Assembly (NCBI RefSeq): GCF_009914755.1 | Contig: NC_060944.1 | Direction: 5' to 3' (one strand) | Length of the DNA: 64,000 nt | DNA from: the human T2T-CHM13v2.0 reference genome, Homo sapiens | In this document: positions 57,926-64,000 of the stretch, in pieces | Layout: the number at the start of each line of letters is the position of its first letter | How positions within the stretch are numbered: the stretch's first letter is position 1 | Notes under the pieces: generated by a model | Seen by the model: only the letters and a program-made list of their open reading frames with translations | Databases searched by the model: none | What the model was told of the DNA's origin: nothing | Translations under genes and position numbers: made by a program

Positions 57926-60441
57926 GACTTGTTTTGGATCCCGATCTCAAGACTCTAAGAATGTCTATGACTAGTTAACCAGTTTGGTAAAATGTTTTTG
58001 AACTTAAGGAAAATTTATTTCCTTTGTTTTCAGAATTAGATTGGCATTTTGGTGACTTATTGCTGAAAGAATGACTCTATATTCTTAACCTATTTGTCTT
58101 CAGGACAAACTGGAGTTAGAAGCCCCTTAACAAATGGTGATTATGACATCTAAACTTTGGCGGCAGAACCACGTAGGTCCTTAGTTAGGCGATGTATCTG
58201 ATATGACTCAGTTAACTGAGGGAAGGCCAGTTCTGTGGCCATGCAGGGCTCACGTTCCTTGTGACAGGCAAGTGATCTGTATGAAGCAGCCAGGATGGAC
58301 GTTATTTCTCATGCAGTTATGTGGGGACTAAAAGCTGATGTGGCCCTGTGCCAAGTCCTTTAAAAACCTACATAATGGAAATCCATTGGCAAAGTCTTTA
58401 CTACTCTAAAATGGACTCTCACCTCCAAATGAAAGTGGCTGGAAGCATCACACTGCCTCTGTCCAAAGCAGTGTAAGATGCACCAGCTTGACTCTGAGCT
58501 GGAAGCAGAAGTCAGGCATGACTCTATATTTGCACTGACATCAGTTCTACCACTAAAGTATCTGACCAGTGGCTGGTGTTTGTTATCTCTGTGGGGCCTA
58601 ACATCTCCACCATAAGGCAAGATTCATCTCAACTTCTGGGCAGTGCCCTACCAAACTCGACCTGGAAATTGATTGCCTCTGTGCAGTTGATACCTGCACT
58701 TCCGGGCTCAGTGACAGGGTCGACTCGCATCATGGCCCACAAAGCTCCTTGTGCAAAGAGCTCTCCAGTAATCTGGTTGATCTTGATCTTGTTTCTACCA
58801 GTTGGTAGTTTTGCTCAAGTGCTTTCAGAAGCTTGAATGGCCTGATAAGTTGGTCTTTGTGTAGAAAAAAAAAACGCAAAAAACTAGGAGACAACTTGTT
58901 CTCACAAATCATGTTTCAAGGAGCTATTTTTATTCCAAGATATGAGAAGCAGTCATTCTGACATGTTTTATTGTCTGGTGGCTAAAGTCAGATTCTTACA
59001 TTAAAAGTAAGAACTAAAAAACTTTAATGTTATTTGAGTATGTAGAGACCACCCTTGTCAACATTGGCATGTTATAGAAGAAGGAACTAAGACCAAGACA
59101 CTTGCTCTGTCACTATCTCCATTACTATGAACCCTCAAATGGTGCCTGTCCTTCTTGTTTTATTTTCCTATCCCTCTTTTCTCATTCTTACTCCCCTCTG
59201 CATTTCCCTTGTCACTCTTCACTTTATAGCCAAAGAGACACAGAAAGAGTGTAATGTAAATGTGGAGGGTATACATACAATTTTCTTCTATTGTGTCTTT
59301 TAATCAGCATCTCTTTCAACTCATACTATTCTCAGTTTATCATCTCATTTTTTTTTAATTTGGACACTTTCAGTATGGTCTTATCATTAAGAGACATAAA
59401 GGTTTCAATAGCCAGTGGTGATTTTTAGGATTTCACAGCTCATATTTTTGGCTTTTGAGTCTCAAAAATAAAACAATATGGAAAGTGCCCAAATCAGCAG
59501 TATAAGCCCTGGCTGCAAAATTATACCCATATTCAAATTACAGTGTTGGTAGTCAGATTCTTTTTCCCTTAGAAAAGACATTTTTAACAATAGTTTTCAA
59601 TGACAGCAAACAGTCACTTATGTGTAACAGAAAACATAACCTAAAAACAAAGCCTTGAGAAATTGACACTTACTTTAGAATATCTTTTTATATTAATGGT
59701 CCTAGTGCCAAGCTGGTAGATTTAAGCTAAATTCTTTAGAAAGCATTCCCAGCACAAATGTAGCCAGGGAACTCTTCCACAATTTGTAAATTTTGCTGGA
59801 GGATAAACAGTGGAAGTGGGAATAAATTGAATTTAAAGTCTCAACTAAACAGTCGTACCTTGTATGTGTGTCTGTGTGTGTCAAACTTAAATGCAGCTTG
59901 CTCAGATCCACAGAGCACACAAGAGCAAGTCTTCTGAATTTCAGAACTGACCAGAGGCAGAATGAACTTTAAATCTGGCATGTTACATTTTTCAGTGTCT
60001 CCATCTGAAGAATTTGCAAACCTCCAGTTAAAAAAAATCTATGTATTATTCCATTCATATAGATTTAGGGTATCAAGTTTTTAAGTACTGTAATTGTTTG
60101 ACCACCATGGAAAAAATGATAGTTTTAATTCTTTCCAAAGCTGTAGTTTGTGCATCTGTGGACACTCCTTCAATATTTTAGGAGAAGGTACTAGGCATAT
60201 TTAAATAATACTATATTATTACTCACTTTGTCAACAAAATTTGGTGGTTGTTCCAAAGTGCCATATGATGCCACATGAGATTTCTCTCTATGGGCTAAAA
60301 ACCTGGCATCCCATCAAGATGATGCTGTTTACACATTCGATCATCATTTACTTTGTGAAGGCAGAAGGAAAATTTTCAATTAATTTTTAAAAATTTATGT
60401 TTAACATAAATTCATAATTTCTTACATATATGTTTTCTTAA

Positions 60442-60823
<382 letters not shown>

Positions 60824-61339
60824 TGAACAATTTCTTAGTAAGAGGCATATCAAACCATTTACATTTAGAAAATAAATGCCAAATGCCAGGTGAACAGCTT
60901 TTTGCCATGTGTCATTCAGTTTTAGAATTTCTGCTCACTTTGATTGTACCATGAAACCTACACTTAGATGGAGCAGAAAACTTCAATAGGGCTAAGGCAT
61001 GTGAGCAAGAAGTGCTTTTAAAACTTCCACTGAGGGCATTCTCTACTTTGGGGATTAAGGAAAGTTTTACATTTTACCGGTTATGGATGGACTCTCAAGT
61101 TGAAATCTAAGTGAAGTGGTTCCATTAATCCAATTTATCACTGTGATAATTTAATATACTCTATGGATTGGTGATCAGGGCAGCCGACTAGTTTTCTCTC
61201 CTTTAACCTGGCTTAGTTTCCTCATAGAAGAGACATTTTAAATGTAATAAGCCTTGGCTCTTGCCTAGCGAGTTTTTTCTTCCATTATTCTTTATACTGG
61301 AAGAGTAGCTGGTTTCAAAGACTTAAGTTTCCCAAATCC

Positions 61340-61815
61340 CCTACTTGATGTTTTCAGGGCTTCTCCCACATCCTTGGTCTTTACCATTTTGGTATATGTT
61401 TGCCCGAATCCCAACTGCCAGAGAGCTTACTTCTTTGCCTGAGGACTTGCCCTGGATCCCGAAGCCTGTTTGCCCATGCAGGAGGAAGGCTGGAAGTCCC
61501 AGGAAATTAATGATCCTTTGGAGCAGGATTTAGTCAATGACTGAAGAAGTCAGTGTATAAAAACCCCAGCTCTCTCTCCCTTGGGGAAGCTAATCCAGAT
61601 GCACGTGTTCCACAGGCTTCCAGAGTTCCCCAGTAAGACTGAGCTCCAGTTGTCCACAGTGATGACTTGCTTGACAAAGCACCCCTGTTCATTATCTTCC
61701 CTTGCTAGTGTGACTTCCCACCTCTCCTACTAGTATTTCCTAAAATCACCTCTGAAACAATTTCTTCTTGAATCTTTGTCTCAAGGTCTACATCTGAGTC
61801 TACATCTGGGGAAGT
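61340..61815 (+). mobile_element. LTR16-family solo LTR
   Basis: tataaaaaccccagctc; cagagttcccc..tgagctccagttgtccacagtg; gaatctttgtctcaaggtct. Confidence 0.75.
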
Positions 61816-62849
61816 TCTGAATAATTTGTAATAGAAACATCTTTGGCTTTACTATTCCCCCGAAAAAAACTAAATAAGCCACTTCTCATCCCCAATTATG
61901 CAGGGGCTATGTCTCCACTTTAAGGCATATTTTCTAGGTATTTTTTGTGGCATATTTTTGTCTTGAAAAATCTGCCAAAATATATATAAAATGACAGCTC
62001 ACTTTAATCATGCTTAATGAACACTTGCTCTGAAGCTCTGGCTAGCAGCCAGCTGATACCTGGATGCTCCAAACTTCAGAAGTTGTACAGCTCAGCGGCT
62101 CTGGTAAATTCAATTCAATCTTGAAATTAAAATGTTGCAGAGACAGTTTCTGATATTGTTTTCCAGAAAATTGGCCTTAATAGAGTAAAAATAACATTCA
62201 TATTTAATCTTCTTTCCTTTTCCTCTAAGTAATTTAAGGAAAAGTTAACTTAGTTTACCAAGGCCCAAGGCAATGCTCAGCTACATTAAAATAAAATATA
62301 ATAAAGCCTTCTTAAAATACATTTTTCTGAATTCTATCTCAAATCTATAAAATCAGGACCTTTGAAATTGAGGAATTAATGTTTTACAATTCCCCAAAAA
62401 TAATTTTTATACACTCTCAGGTTATATTGCCTTGGTGCTTAATAGTTGTTTTTTTTTTTTCACTTTTCCTTTCTTCTAATCTCATAGTTAAGTTGAATCA
62501 GATTGCCCTATTCTTTTGGCAATCTAAAGGAAACATATTTGCATGTACACCCTGTAGAACAGTATTTACTTAAGTCTAGGTTTAATAGAAAATAATAAGT
62601 CTAATAAGAAGCCCAAGTTCCTATAATAAAAATGAAACAATAAATGCATAGAAATATGAGGAAGAAATTACACCCATTAAATGCACCTAGCCTGATGAGT
62701 GATAGGATGGCTGCTTATTCAAGTTGGAAATTTTACACATGATCGAAGCTTTATTTAGTCTAATGGAATGTGCTTCCTGAATCTGGCTTCTAACTAAGCC
62801 AGGGCACAATAGCAAGTATTATGTGATTGGACTGAGCTCATTCCCTTCT

Positions 62850-62868
62850 CTGAGTCATTGTGACTCAG
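62850..62868. promoter_or_regulatory. inverted double AP-1 site CTGAGTCA-ttg-TGACTCAG
   Basis: Two TGASTCA motifs 10 bp apart forming a palindrome. Confidence 0.45.
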
Positions 62869-64000
62869 TCTTGACTGCCTCTTTCTCTCAGGTAGCCTAT
62901 CACCTTACTTTTCCCCTCTGGTTTAGAAATTCATTCAGAATGTTACAGAAACCAACTTGACTATCCTTATACATCATGGGTTACCGCTCCCGTCTTTCTC
63001 TAAGAACTTCTGGAATCACTTGGAATATTTAGCCTTATTTTACAGTTTAGAAAACATAAGCTCAGTGATTTATGGAGATAAAATTCACAGAAAGTGTCCC
63101 ACTAGTGGCCAAGATAAGCCTGTCTCACTGCTAGAGGATCACATGGGTGGATGAATGCCATGCTAATTACACCAGCAAAGTAGAGATGACTCCAAAATAT
63201 TTTTTAGGATAATTTAATATTTGTAATTCTCAAAAAACAATATTAAATATATAATCTTTAGAGGTTTCTGAGCACTCATATATGTCCTTACATTTATTAG
63301 TCTTTATTTTGACATATTTAGAGAGGTAGGGATGTATCAAAATCAAATTGTAACTTGTGGCTTCTGAATGTTCTTAATCCAAACATTTCCTGTCTTCATG
63401 TATTGCTTAGCCACTGAGCATAAACCCATAAGATATAGTACAAGGAAAGCATTGTCAGGATGCTCATATATCCTGGAAATAATTTTGGTTTTCCCACTGG
63501 TCACCCTGGGTTGTCCATGCAATCATCCAAGTCAATGCTAAAGTTTCAAATTGTTTTGAGGATCTGAATTAAGGAAACTTAATATTAGAAGAAATATACT
63601 CCATTCCCAGACAGGCTCTCAAGGCTAACACATTTCTAATGCAGATGTAAAGGTTATTTATTGGTCAAGAGTATTATAAAGTGGCCTATCTACTATAGCT
63701 TTTAGACTTTCCAGGAAAGTGTCAAATCACCCTGCCTTTGTTCAAATACTCTGTTTAGGTCTTGCCTTTCTAAGACTTCTCTTTATATACTGCATCTCTG
63801 AGTGTGTCCCTACACAACAAGGAGATGTTAGGCTCTTACCATCAATGGAAGAAGAATCCCATGTTTCTCTCAAGTCATCTTCCTCCAAAATTCAATATGA
63901 GTTCATTCTGGGCCACTGATCTGACTATGAATTCTGGGAAGTGTGCAGTTATCAGATAGTGATCTAGAATTCATACAACCTACAAAAGACATTGTTTATA

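Noticed and set aside
58360-58912. Overlapping 60-86 aa ORFs in unique sequence
   Set aside because: No recognisable domain or coherent splice frame; lengths are as expected by chance.
63095-63112. CTCF-like motif (cccactagtggcc)
   Set aside because: Spacing is one base short of the CCASYAGRKGGC core; likely chance.

Overview
AT-rich, CpG-depleted primate (human-like) genomic DNA, either intronic or intergenic. I find no recognisable protein-coding exon, tRNA, rRNA or CRISPR array. Every ORF I can identify comes from L1, Alu or a microsatellite, and the rest look like chance. The window is dominated by interspersed repeats: a full-length but inactivated L1PA7-like element (30365-36874, minus strand, with target-site duplication and YY1 site), a 5'-truncated younger L1PA, about 11 Alu or Alu-monomer copies, older L1M/L2/MIR fragments, MaLR and LTR16-type solo LTRs, and MER5/MER53 DNA transposons. 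Repeat subfamily calls and boundaries come from recognising consensus sequences by eye and are approximate. The most unusual structure is a 135-bp segment at 15374-15508. It joins two nearby downstream sequences in swapped order (17985-18060, then 17281-17342) and has a 14-bp palindrome at its left edge, which suggests a circular intermediate or template switching. Other items worth checking are a (GAA)18-plus-interrupted repeat inside an inverted Alu pair, clusters of AP-1/ARE/NF-kB motifs, candidate plus-strand non-coding exons (one ending in an AG|GTGAGT recursive-splice-like site), and a compound VNTR inside L1 ORF2. I could not identify the locus by name and cannot claim a new biological system from sequence alone.
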